Assembly (NCBI GenBank): GCA_003164895.1
Contig: PLUL01000039.1
Coordinates: 4,307 to 68,306 of the forward strand
Direction: 5' to 3'
Source: Bacteroidota bacterium
GTDB lineage: Bacteria > Bacteroidota > Bacteroidia > Palsa-948
Length of the DNA stretch: 64,000 nt
Part shown: in pieces, positions 38,749 through 46,986 of the stretch
How positions within the stretch are numbered: the stretch's first letter is position 1
Layout of the letters: each line of letters begins with the position of its first letter
Notes under the pieces: generated by a model
What the model saw: the letters and a program-made list of their open reading frames with translations, nothing else
Told to the model about the DNA's origin: nothing
The model's database searches: none
Made by a program: the position numbers and the translations under genes

Positions 38749-40188
38749 ATGAGCAAAATAATTTATCCAGACAGTCATATTCCGGCAGAACTTTCAGAAG
38801 AAGTTATCCGCGAAGACAGCATGCGCCCAACTATGAAATGGGGACGAAGCACTCAACTTTGGCTTGGCTTTTTATTTATGGTTTTTGGTTGGGGACTTTA
38901 TGCATATATACATCAATTAAGACATGGACTGGGAGAAACAGCCATGCGTAATTATGTTTCCTGGGGATTATACATTTCCACTTTTGTATTTTTCATCGGC
39001 ATCAGCCATTCCGGCACACTTGTTTCAGCGATTCTTAGAATCACAAAACAAGACTGGAGAATGCCGATCACACGAATTGCAGAGTTGATGACTTTTGTAT
39101 CTCTTTGTTTTGGCGGTCTTATGCCTATTATTGATTTAGGTCGTGCAGATCGCATTGCAAACCTTGTCATTTTCGGAAGAGTACAATCACCACTCATGTG
39201 GGATGTGATGTCAATCGTAACTTATTTTACAGGAAGCACAATCTTCTTATGGCTTCCTATGATACCAGACATGGGACTGATGAGAGACAGATTAACAGTA
39301 GTTGATACTCCGTTCAAAAAATTCAAAAAGTGGCTTTACAAAACATTGGCGATTGGTTGGACAGGTTCAAAATCTCAGTGGAAACGCTTGGAGTTAGTGA
39401 TGACAATTATGACAATCATTATTATTCCTGTAGCAGTTTCTGTTCATACAGTTGTAAGTTACATTTTCGCGATGACACTTCGCCCTGGATGGAACAGTAC
39501 TATATTTGGTCCGTACTTTGTGGCTGGTGCATTGTACAGCGGTTCGGCAGTAGTAATTCTTGCCATGGTTATTTTCCGAAAACTTTATCATCTTGAAAAA
39601 TATATCACCTATAGACATTTTGATCTGATGGGTCGAGTGGTATTGTCGCTGACACTTATATATGGATATCTGAACCTGAATGAATATTGGATTCCTGCCT
39701 ATAAAATGGCAACTTCAGAAGGCCATTTGTTACACGATTTATTTAGTGGAAGTTATTCTACCGCTTTTTGGTTATGCCAGTTCGGAACAGTACTTTTTCC
39801 AATTGTTGTAATGTGTTTTCCAAAAGGACGAACACCGGGAGCGCTTACTGTCGTTTGTATATTTATAGCAATTGGAGCTTGGGTAAAACGTTATCTCATT
39901 GTGGTTCCTACACTATTGCATCCTTTTTTACCAATACAAGATGTTCCATTGACTTGGTCGCAATATTTTCCTAATTGGGTTGAATGGTCAGTTACGATGG
40001 CAGCATTTTCAGGAATGGTAATCATTGTAACTCTTTATGCGAAATTTTTTCCAATGATGTCAATGTGGGAAGTTGTGCACGGAGCTCACATAGAAGAAAG
40101 TAAAAGGGTTGCATTTGAAAAAGTTGAGCATGCAGAAGAAATAAATGAAGCAAAAACAAATCATAAAAAAGCAACAGTAGTTGGATAA
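38749..40188 (+). CDS. NrfD/PsrC/ActC-like polytopic membrane subunit, module 2
   Basis: 479 aa, clear paralogue of 34033-35403 (VSWGLYISTFVFFIGISHSGTLV, DLGRADR, GPYFVAGALY). Confidence 0.78.
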   Translation: MSKIIYPDSHIPAELSEEVIREDSMRPTMKWGRSTQLWLGFLFMVFGWGLYAYIHQLRHGLGETAMRNYVSWGLYISTFVFFIGISHSGTLVSAILRITKQDWRMPITRIAELMTFVSLCFGGLMPIIDLGRADRIANLVIFGRVQSPLMWDVMSIVTYFTGSTIFLWLPMIPDMGLMRDRLTVVDTPFKKFKKWLYKTLAIGWTGSKSQWKRLELVMTIMTIIIIPVAVSVHTVVSYIFAMTLRPGWNSTIFGPYFVAGALYSGSAVVILAMVIFRKLYHLEKYITYRHFDLMGRVVLSLTLIYGYLNLNEYWIPAYKMATSEGHLLHDLFSGSYSTAFWLCQFGTVLFPIVVMCFPKGRTPGALTVVCIFIAIGAWVKRYLIVVPTLLHPFLPIQDVPLTWSQYFPNWVEWSVTMAAFSGMVIIVTLYAKFFPMMSMWEVVHGAHIEESKRVAFEKVEHAEEINEAKTNHKKATVVG

Positions 40189-40218
40189 TGCAAAATAATA
40201 AATAGAAATATAACAACA

Positions 40219-41094
40219 ATGAACAATATGAAAATAACCAGAATTACATTAGCAGCAGTTCTTTTCTGCGGAGTTTCATTTGCGCAAGCTCAAAAAGCAG
40301 AAAGCAGTCTTCAATTATCATTTTCTAAGCAAACTGATAATAGTAAAACTATAAGCGCATTAGTGATGGGAAAAAAGAGTGGCGAAAAATTTAAGCCCGC
40401 ATCAAATGCTCACATCAGTTTTTATGCACAGAAAGAAAAAGAATTAGTTCTTCTTTCAAAAACGGTATCCGATGATCGTGGCAAAGCAACATTAACTCTT
40501 CCTAAAGATTTACCATTGGATGCAGATCATTTTTTCGGTATAACTGTAAAAGTTGAAAACGATGATACGTTTGAAAACTCAGAAGAAAAATTAAAATTAA
40601 AGGATGTAAATCTTTCTCTTAAACTTAATCCGCATGACACAGCGAGAGTCGCAACTGCAACTGTTACTGAAATTACCGATGAAGGAACTGAGAAAGCAGT
40701 AAAAGATGTTTCGATTAATTTTTATGTGCAGCGCTTATTTGGAAAAATGCCAGCAGCAGAAGATCACACGGTTAAAACAGATGAAAAGGGTATAGCAGTT
40801 TTTTCTTTTCCTAAAGGAATTCCTGGTGATACTGCTGGAAGTATGACAGTACTTGCTATGATTGAGGATAACGATTCGTATGGAACAGTGGAAAGTAAAA
40901 GTTCCACCAATTGGGGAGTTGTTGTGCCTCTCGAAAAAGATCCGTTTCCTCGAGCTATTTGGGGAGCAAAAGCACAATGGGGAATGATAATCACGCTTAC
41001 AATTCTTTATGGTGGAGTATGGTCGTCATACATCTTCATGGCTTTTCAATTAAGAAAAATAAAAAAAGAAGAAAATTTAACAACCAATAATTAA
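40219..41094 (+). CDS. Uncharacterised periplasmic beta-rich protein with C-terminal membrane anchor, module 2
   Basis: Signal peptide ending AQA, no cofactor motifs. Blocks shared with 35400-36347 include ATATVTEITDEG vs ATATLTEWKD, GIPGDTAGSMTVLAMIEDNDSYGTVES vs IPGEPGGKITIVASVIDNDTYGSLES. C-terminal TM plus basic tail. Confidence 0.6.
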   Translation: MNNMKITRITLAAVLFCGVSFAQAQKAESSLQLSFSKQTDNSKTISALVMGKKSGEKFKPASNAHISFYAQKEKELVLLSKTVSDDRGKATLTLPKDLPLDADHFFGITVKVENDDTFENSEEKLKLKDVNLSLKLNPHDTARVATATVTEITDEGTEKAVKDVSINFYVQRLFGKMPAAEDHTVKTDEKGIAVFSFPKGIPGDTAGSMTVLAMIEDNDSYGTVESKSSTNWGVVVPLEKDPFPRAIWGAKAQWGMIITLTILYGGVWSSYIFMAFQLRKIKKEENLTTNN

Positions 41095-41119
41095 TCACTA
41101 ATACTTAAAAATAAACACA

Positions 41120-41590
41120 ATGAAAACTATTATCACACAAGTAAGCAAAATGAAACTTTCAGGTTTCATTTTAATTGGAGCACTTGCAATTTGCAGTGCG
41201 TTTATTCCAAAGCCAAAGGGAGAAGTAATTAATTTAGTTGGTGGACAGGAAAAATGGGTTGCACCGGCAGATGCTGATAAGAAAACCAATCCGAATGCTT
41301 CTGATCCCAAAAGTCTTGCTACAGGTAAAGACATTTTTATTCAAAAATGTGCTATTTGCCATGGTAAAAAAGGAAAAGGTGATGGACCAAAGAGCGCAGA
41401 ATTAGACAAACCAGTGCCAGATTTTACAAAAGGCGATTTCAGCAAACAAAGCGATGGTGCGATCTTCTGGAAAATTGCCGAAGGAAGAAAACCAATGCCT
41501 TCTTTCAAAAGTGAACTTTCTGAAGTGCAACGCTGGCAGGTAATAATTTATTTAAGAGAACTTGGAAAGACCACTACTTCACAAAAATAA
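41120..41590 (+). CDS. Class I monohaem cytochrome c, module 2
   Basis: CAICHGKKGKGDG, GRKPMPSF, WQVIIYLREL; same family as 36402, 46539 and 53531. Confidence 0.8.
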   Translation: MKTIITQVSKMKLSGFILIGALAICSAFIPKPKGEVINLVGGQEKWVAPADADKKTNPNASDPKSLATGKDIFIQKCAICHGKKGKGDGPKSAELDKPVPDFTKGDFSKQSDGAIFWKIAEGRKPMPSFKSELSEVQRWQVIIYLRELGKTTTSQK

Positions 41591-41659
41591 AAGAAAATAA
41601 TAATAACAACTATTTACCTATACCAACAAATCAATTAACCAATTAATAATACAATTAAC

Positions 41660-43120
41660 ATGAAAAATTTAAACAAAAAATTAGTGTCTGCCTTTATGAT
41701 GGGGGCATTCATTGTACTGGGGTTGTCGAATTGCAAAAAAAAGGATGAGGTACTTGACTTACCACCCGCACCCGCACCAACACCAGTATTAAATACTGAT
41801 ACTTTGTATTCAGTTCCTGGAACTGCCACACTTCAAGCAATAGGCGGAGCTGCGTGGGATGGTACAATTGAAGGAGTTTGGAATAATGCACCTGCATTAA
41901 ATGTAACCGGTACAGTGCCAGATTTAGGAAATGGAACTTTTACAGGATATGTTGGTAACAGTACTCAAATTAAATTACGTTCCTTATACGATGCGAGCAA
42001 TATTTATTTTCTTTTTGAATTTGCTGCTGACCGTCCGAACGTGCTAAGTGCACAATGGTATTTTAATCCAACAACACATCTTTGGGCGCAGGAAGCTACC
42101 GCTGCCAGTTTAACTAATTTGAATCCTGATGGAAGTTACAGACCTCCTTTTTCACAGGATGAAATTGTAATGATGTTTAATATTTCAGATGCAACATTTA
42201 ATACATTATCTTGTTATGCTGCTTGCCATGTCATGTCTTCGTATGGATATTCAGTTACACCTTCAGGCGGATACATGGCTACAAATGGTCCTAGTGAAAG
42301 ATTAGATGTGTGGAGAATGCGCACGTTTCAGACTATGCCTATGAACCAAGTAAATGACTGTTTTATTGATGATGGTTCAAGCATTGGATTAGGAGAAAGT
42401 GGTGTGTTAGATAAAAATATGGTTCACAGCGATTGGCAGGTAAATAATGGTCCGGCATCTTCTGTACCTCCAAGCTTACAATCACCTGGAGTAGTGGTAT
42501 CAGCACCTACTGCAACATCAAAAGTTTATGCAGCAGATGGAGGATTCAGCAATAAGCAAACATTAAAACTAAGCGGAGGATCAAATCCGGCGAATGCATT
42601 CCCTGCTGCTAATGGAGGAAAAGTATCGGTTCCAATTTGGGTAATAGAAGGTGCTGCCGGAACTAATCCATATAGCAGTAAACAAGGTGCAATCTTTACT
42701 TCAGATACCGGTGCAACAGCAGTTATGGTTATAGGAGTTGATTCTACTACAGGAATTTTACATCTAAAAGATGGAAATACTTTAGATCCTCGAACTTCAA
42801 CATCAGGTACTGCTTATCAGCAAGTAGGAACCGGAGATGGACCAAATTGTATTCCTGGTTCTATTGTTAGTGTATATACCGGTAGTCGTGGTGATGTAAC
42901 ATGTAATGGATTTTGGACAGGATCAGGTTGGAGATTCTTATTCAAACGTGCATTGAAAACAAGTGATAATGTTAATGACGTTGATTTCTCTTCTCTTGGC
43001 AATCAGCCATTTGGTGTTGGCGTAATGTTTAACGGCGCTGATAACGAACATGCTATTGTAGCTGGCTTGACATTGCATTTTGGTCAAAGAGGAAGTGCTC
43101 GTATTAAAAAAACAAAATAA
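41660..43120 (+). CDS. Lipoprotein with ethylbenzene-dehydrogenase-like (EB_dh, DOMON superfamily) haem-binding-type domain
   Basis: Lipobox GLSNC. Segments fit my recollection of the EB_dh family pattern: WNNAPALNV...IKLRSLYDASNIYFLFEF, LDVWRMR, GWRFLFKRALKTSDNVNDVDF, GVGVMFNGADNEH. It contains CYAACH (CX3CH). Confidence 0.5.
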   Translation: MKNLNKKLVSAFMMGAFIVLGLSNCKKKDEVLDLPPAPAPTPVLNTDTLYSVPGTATLQAIGGAAWDGTIEGVWNNAPALNVTGTVPDLGNGTFTGYVGNSTQIKLRSLYDASNIYFLFEFAADRPNVLSAQWYFNPTTHLWAQEATAASLTNLNPDGSYRPPFSQDEIVMMFNISDATFNTLSCYAACHVMSSYGYSVTPSGGYMATNGPSERLDVWRMRTFQTMPMNQVNDCFIDDGSSIGLGESGVLDKNMVHSDWQVNNGPASSVPPSLQSPGVVVSAPTATSKVYAADGGFSNKQTLKLSGGSNPANAFPAANGGKVSVPIWVIEGAAGTNPYSSKQGAIFTSDTGATAVMVIGVDSTTGILHLKDGNTLDPRTSTSGTAYQQVGTGDGPNCIPGSIVSVYTGSRGDVTCNGFWTGSGWRFLFKRALKTSDNVNDVDFSSLGNQPFGVGVMFNGADNEHAIVAGLTLHFGQRGSARIKKTK

Positions 43121-43126
43121 GTTAAT

Positions 43127-43158
43127 GGGTACTGGGATAAATTTTTATCCCAGTACCC
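43127..43158 (+). terminator. Strong hairpin after the EB_dh-like gene (possible terminator or processing site)
   Basis: GGGTACTGGGATA pairs with TATCCCAGTACCC as a 13-bp perfect stem, 7 nt after the stop. No T-tract follows on the plus strand, so a terminator function is uncertain. Confidence 0.4.
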
Positions 43159-43193
43159 AAAACCAAAAACGATTAACAATTAAAATACTCATC

Positions 43194-43595
43194 ATGAAAA
43201 AAGCACTAATATTTATGACTGCAGTGGGCATGTTGTTAATTGCTGTTGTAACAGGTTGTCAAAAAAACGCAACATTTATTTACAAAGCCCCGACAGTTGT
43301 AGTTACTACTCCGGTTTCTTTTAGTAAAAATCTGGTTCCACTTTTTACTGCAAATTGTGCTCTGAGCGGTTGTCATGTATCAGGAGGTCAGACTCCGAAT
43401 TTAACGGCAGCTTCAGCATACGCATCGTTATCAGGCGGCAATTTTTTTAATGTTAGCAATCCGTCAAGCAGCATAATATACGAGCGATTAACAGGAACAC
43501 TTACTCCGGAAATGCCTTTTGGAAAACCCAATAACCCATCCAACATTAATGCTCTGGTATTGGCGTGGATTACACAAGGAGCAAAGAACAATTAG
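43194..43595 (+). CDS. PSCyt-like lipoprotein with CX4CH motif (paralogue of 30739-31161)
   Basis: Start taken at ATG 43194 (MKKALIFMTAVGMLLIAVVTGC, lipobox). Also LVPLFTANCALSGCHVSGGQTPNL...PEMPFG...ALVLAWITQGAKNN. The longer ORF-track start overlaps the upstream gene. Confidence 0.55.
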   Translation: MKKALIFMTAVGMLLIAVVTGCQKNATFIYKAPTVVVTTPVSFSKNLVPLFTANCALSGCHVSGGQTPNLTAASAYASLSGGNFFNVSNPSSSIIYERLTGTLTPEMPFGKPNNPSNINALVLAWITQGAKNN

Positions 43596-43620
43596 GAAAA
43601 AACAATTAAAAAATAATAAA

Positions 43621-44535
43621 ATGAAAAAAAATATAAAACAATTTGCAATCTGGATGCAAATAGGAATAGTTGCCTATTTGCTATTTGCAATTGGTAATAA
43701 TGTCTGCGCACAGGATAGCACCTCAGCTAAATCTGTAGCTAAGATAGAAAGAGTAAGAAATACTTTTCTTGGCAATATGCTTATTGATAATCAAACGGTG
43801 ATGGTGCCAGTTAAAAAAACTTTTGAGTTTACTATTCAGCACCGCTTTGGAACTATCAATAACGGTTATACAGATATGTACGGACTATTTGCCACTGCCA
43901 ACATGCGCTTGGGATGGAATTATACTCCTATTGATAATTTGCAATTAGGTGTTGGAATATGCAAGGAAAATATGCAGTGGGATGGCAGTGTTAAATATGC
44001 AATTACCAAACAAGCTGTATCTCACGGTTGTCCGGTAAGCGTTACTTATTTTGGAGATATGGCGGTGTCAACTCTTCCGCTGAAAGGAAATTTTGCAAAT
44101 GATGCCGACAGAATTTCGTATTTCAATCAATTAATTGTAGCTAGAAAAGTTACAAGTCATTTTTCAGTTCAGGTGTCACCAAGTTTATCTTATTATAATA
44201 ATGTGGCAGGATATATGAGTGCCGAAGGAACTGTTAAACCAACAATGAATAATGCTCAGCTTTCTGTTGCTACAATGGGTTGTTATATGATTACCGGTGG
44301 AATGGGTATTATTGTTGACTACGATCAGCCGCTTACTCAAAACCCAACTAATAATCCATGTCCCAACGTAAGTTTTGGAATTCAGTTTGCAACCATTACT
44401 CACACATTTCAGGTATTTCTTGGAAACTTCCAAGGTATTCTTCAGCAGTCAAATAATTTCTTTAACCAAAATGATTATACACAAAGCAGATATTTAATAG
44501 GATTTAATATTACTAAACGTTGGAATTATTTTTAA
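43621..44535 (+). CDS. Outer-membrane beta-barrel protein (HRFG-motif family), second copy
   Basis: Start taken at ATG 43621 (MKKNIKQFAIWMQIGIVAYLLFAIGNNVCAQ). Also FEFTIQHRFG, RISYFNQLIVARK and C-terminal FNITKRWNYF. Confidence 0.6.
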   Translation: MKKNIKQFAIWMQIGIVAYLLFAIGNNVCAQDSTSAKSVAKIERVRNTFLGNMLIDNQTVMVPVKKTFEFTIQHRFGTINNGYTDMYGLFATANMRLGWNYTPIDNLQLGVGICKENMQWDGSVKYAITKQAVSHGCPVSVTYFGDMAVSTLPLKGNFANDADRISYFNQLIVARKVTSHFSVQVSPSLSYYNNVAGYMSAEGTVKPTMNNAQLSVATMGCYMITGGMGIIVDYDQPLTQNPTNNPCPNVSFGIQFATITHTFQVFLGNFQGILQQSNNFFNQNDYTQSRYLIGFNITKRWNYF

Positions 44536-44660
44536 TCGGCAATAATACTTTTCATAGGGTTTGTATTCGCCCCTCGCTGTTATTCCTTCTGTAAATTGAA
44601 GAATGAACGGAGGGGTGAAAAACAAAATTTCTTTCAGATAGAATTTGAAATGAAAAAATA

Positions 44661-44990
44661 ATGAGTCAACCAAAAACATATTCTCCAACAATGAAGGTGA
44701 AAAATATCAGCCACCTTTTGCAAATGCTTCGATTTGAAGATATGCAAAACACCGGAAGTCAAGAATTACCTCCGGGACAATGCATAGTTCTGGAGCGATT
44801 TGTTGGCAAGGAAAATGTTTCGGAACCAAATTTAAATTTTGGATTAGCTGAAGTAGTTGGAAGTGTGCAGTATGAGATAAACTTTACGCAAGCTGATGTT
44901 GGAAAAACAATTTATTACCGATGCTGTTATATAAGTACTCAGGGTAAAAAAAGTCCTTGGAGTAAAACTCTAACGGTTGTCATAGTTTAG
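44661..44990 (+). CDS. Orphan 109-aa ORF, function unknown (possibly a gene remnant)
   Basis: Open frame only. It has no signal peptide, no recognisable motif and no paralogue in the window, and sits between a hairpin-terminated operon and the regulator pair. Confidence 0.25.
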   Translation: MSQPKTYSPTMKVKNISHLLQMLRFEDMQNTGSQELPPGQCIVLERFVGKENVSEPNLNFGLAEVVGSVQYEINFTQADVGKTIYYRCCYISTQGKKSPWSKTLTVVIV

Positions 44991-45035
44991 AAAAAATAAT
45001 TTGGTGATGTTTGCTATGCCATTAAATGAATTACA

Positions 45036-45761
45036 ATGAGCAAAAAAATTATCTGTAAAAAATGTAGTAACTCAGCATGTTTTATTAAAAAACATTGTTC
45101 ATCCGATTGGTTAAAAAGAATTGAGTTAAAAAAAATTCAAATTGAACATCAGGCGAAGGATATTATTTTCCGTGAAGGCGGTTATATGGAAGGTGTTTAT
45201 TTTATTCAACAGGGAAAAGTAAAAGTGGTAGCAAAAGGGGCCAATAACAAAGAACAAATTGTTAGAATGGCAATTGATGGACAGATATTAGGTCACCGTG
45301 GATCGGGCGATGACAAATACCCAATTAGTGCCATCGCGTTATGCGACACTACGGTTTGCTTTATTGACAACGATACGCTTTACGATGCATTTATGGAAAT
45401 TCCAAAACTTACTTTGCAAATGATGGAATTCTATTCTCGTGAATTGCGTCGAACAGAAATAAGAATGAAATACCTCACCCAGATGAATGTGAAAGAAAAA
45501 ATTGCAGAATCATTACTTTTTCTCAAGCAAGTTTTTGGAATCAAACCTAATGATGGAACTATAAATGTTTGTTTGACACGATGTGAAATTGCAAGTATGA
45601 TTGGTGTTACTGCTGAACAGATTAGTCGAGACATTGGAGTATTTGAAAAGAAAAAACTAATCAAAAAAAAGGGGCGATTTGGAATAAAACTGGTTGATGA
45701 AAATGGATTGCACGATATTGTCAGAAAATATGGGATAGAACAATACGTCGAACAAAGATGA
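45036..45761 (+). CDS. Crp/Fnr family regulator with N-terminal Cys4 cluster (FNR-like)
   Basis: CKKCSNSACFIKKHC (C-x2-C-x4-C-x5-C), conserved VCFID cysteine, recognition helix TAEQISRDI with the FNR-type E-x-x-S-R. Confidence 0.8.
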   Translation: MSKKIICKKCSNSACFIKKHCSSDWLKRIELKKIQIEHQAKDIIFREGGYMEGVYFIQQGKVKVVAKGANNKEQIVRMAIDGQILGHRGSGDDKYPISAIALCDTTVCFIDNDTLYDAFMEIPKLTLQMMEFYSRELRRTEIRMKYLTQMNVKEKIAESLLFLKQVFGIKPNDGTINVCLTRCEIASMIGVTAEQISRDIGVFEKKKLIKKKGRFGIKLVDENGLHDIVRKYGIEQYVEQR

Positions 45762-46477
45762 AAACAATAGTTAGTTGCAACGAGTGTAGTAATACTGTTT
45801 GTTTAATTAAACAGCACTGCCTTCCTATTTGGAAAGAAAAAATTGATGCGAATAAAATCCAAATGCGATACATGGCGGGTGATTATATTTTCAGAGAAGG
45901 AAATAAAGTGTATGGAATATATTTTATCAAGCACGGAAAAGCAAAAGTAATATCAACAGGATTAAACGACAAGGAACAAATTGTTCGACTTGCTGCTAAC
46001 GGACATATATTGGGACATCGAGGTTACGGAGGAGAATCTTATCCTGTGAGCGCAATGGCTTTGTGCGATACATCCGTCTGTTTTATTGATAATGATTCAT
46101 TTTATGATGTGTGTATGAATAATCCTCAGTTCACTATGGAAATGACCATGTTCTATTCTCGCGAACTGCGTAAAGCCGAGATACGATTAAAATATCTTGG
46201 TCAAATGTCTTGCAGAGAAAAAATTGCAGAAGCACTACTTTATTTAAAAGATATTTTTGGAATGGACGAAGAAAAAAAATGTTTGAATGTTTATTTAACC
46301 AGAAAGGAAATTGCAGATATGGTTGGAACGACCTCCACTCAGGTAATCAGAGAACTTCATGTATTGGAAGCGGAAAAACTTATTGCCAAACAGGGAAAAG
46401 GAACACTCTTGCTGATAAACATGCCGGGGTTAGAAAATATTGTCAGCAATTACGAAATGAAACAACAATTTGTGTGA
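45758..46477 (+). CDS. Crp/Fnr family regulator with N-terminal Cys4 cluster, divergent recognition helix
   Basis: ATGA overlap with the previous gene. CNECSNTVCLIKQHC is present, but the recognition helix TSTQVIREL lacks the E and S of the FNR motif. Confidence 0.8.
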   Translation: MKTIVSCNECSNTVCLIKQHCLPIWKEKIDANKIQMRYMAGDYIFREGNKVYGIYFIKHGKAKVISTGLNDKEQIVRLAANGHILGHRGYGGESYPVSAMALCDTSVCFIDNDSFYDVCMNNPQFTMEMTMFYSRELRKAEIRLKYLGQMSCREKIAEALLYLKDIFGMDEEKKCLNVYLTRKEIADMVGTTSTQVIRELHVLEAEKLIAKQGKGTLLLINMPGLENIVSNYEMKQQFV

Positions 46478-46538
46478 TAAGAATGATTTATAATTTTGTA
46501 GTGATAAATCAACACATAAATTCAATAAATAAAATACT

Positions 46539-46961
46539 ATGAAAAAATTTAAAATCCGTAAAGCATCAATGTTGGCAGGCATAGCAACTGTTGTCATCGC
46601 TCTATCATTGGCATTTCAGCAAAACAAAGAATGGAAAGCGCCAGATTCGGCAAAAGACAAAAAGAATCCCATCACTTCGGATGATGCTTCAATTGCTGCC
46701 GGTAAAAAAATTTATGAAAAAGATTGTATTAACTGTCATGGAAAAAAAGGTAAAGGTGATGGCAAGGACGCAGCAAATCAAGATGTAACAGTTGCTGATT
46801 TAACTTCATCCAAAGTTCAATCTCAAACCGACGGAGAAATTTTTTGGAAAGTCAGCGAAGGAAGAAAGCCAATGCCATCAAATAAAAAAGATCATTCTGA
46901 TGAACAACTTTGGCAAACAGTGAATTACCTGCGCACACTTGGTAAGTCAGTAAAAAAGTAA
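46539..46961 (+). CDS. Class I monohaem cytochrome c
   Basis: Signal/anchor peptide, CINCHGKKGKGDG, GRKPMPSN, WQTVNYLRTL. Confidence 0.8.
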   Translation: MKKFKIRKASMLAGIATVVIALSLAFQQNKEWKAPDSAKDKKNPITSDDASIAAGKKIYEKDCINCHGKKGKGDGKDAANQDVTVADLTSSKVQSQTDGEIFWKVSEGRKPMPSNKKDHSDEQLWQTVNYLRTLGKSVKK

Positions 46962-46986
46962 ATAATGGTACAAAAATAAATACAAG

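Noticed and set aside
33062-41590. Annotation of the two modules as polysulfide, tetrathionate or nitrite reductase (Psr/Ttr/Nrf)
   Set aside because: No molybdopterin catalytic subunit and no pentahaem NrfA/NrfB-like gene (multiple CXXCH) exists anywhere in the window, so naming a substrate would be unsupported.
43080-43193. Long N-terminal extensions in the ORF track (43080, 43519, 48131, 56455, 48563, 58791, 5299, 25728, 29358, 63413 starts)
   Set aside because: The extensions overlap upstream genes or terminator hairpins, or begin at TTG. Internal ATGs give canonical signal peptides or lipoboxes, or match known N-termini, so the shorter starts were used.
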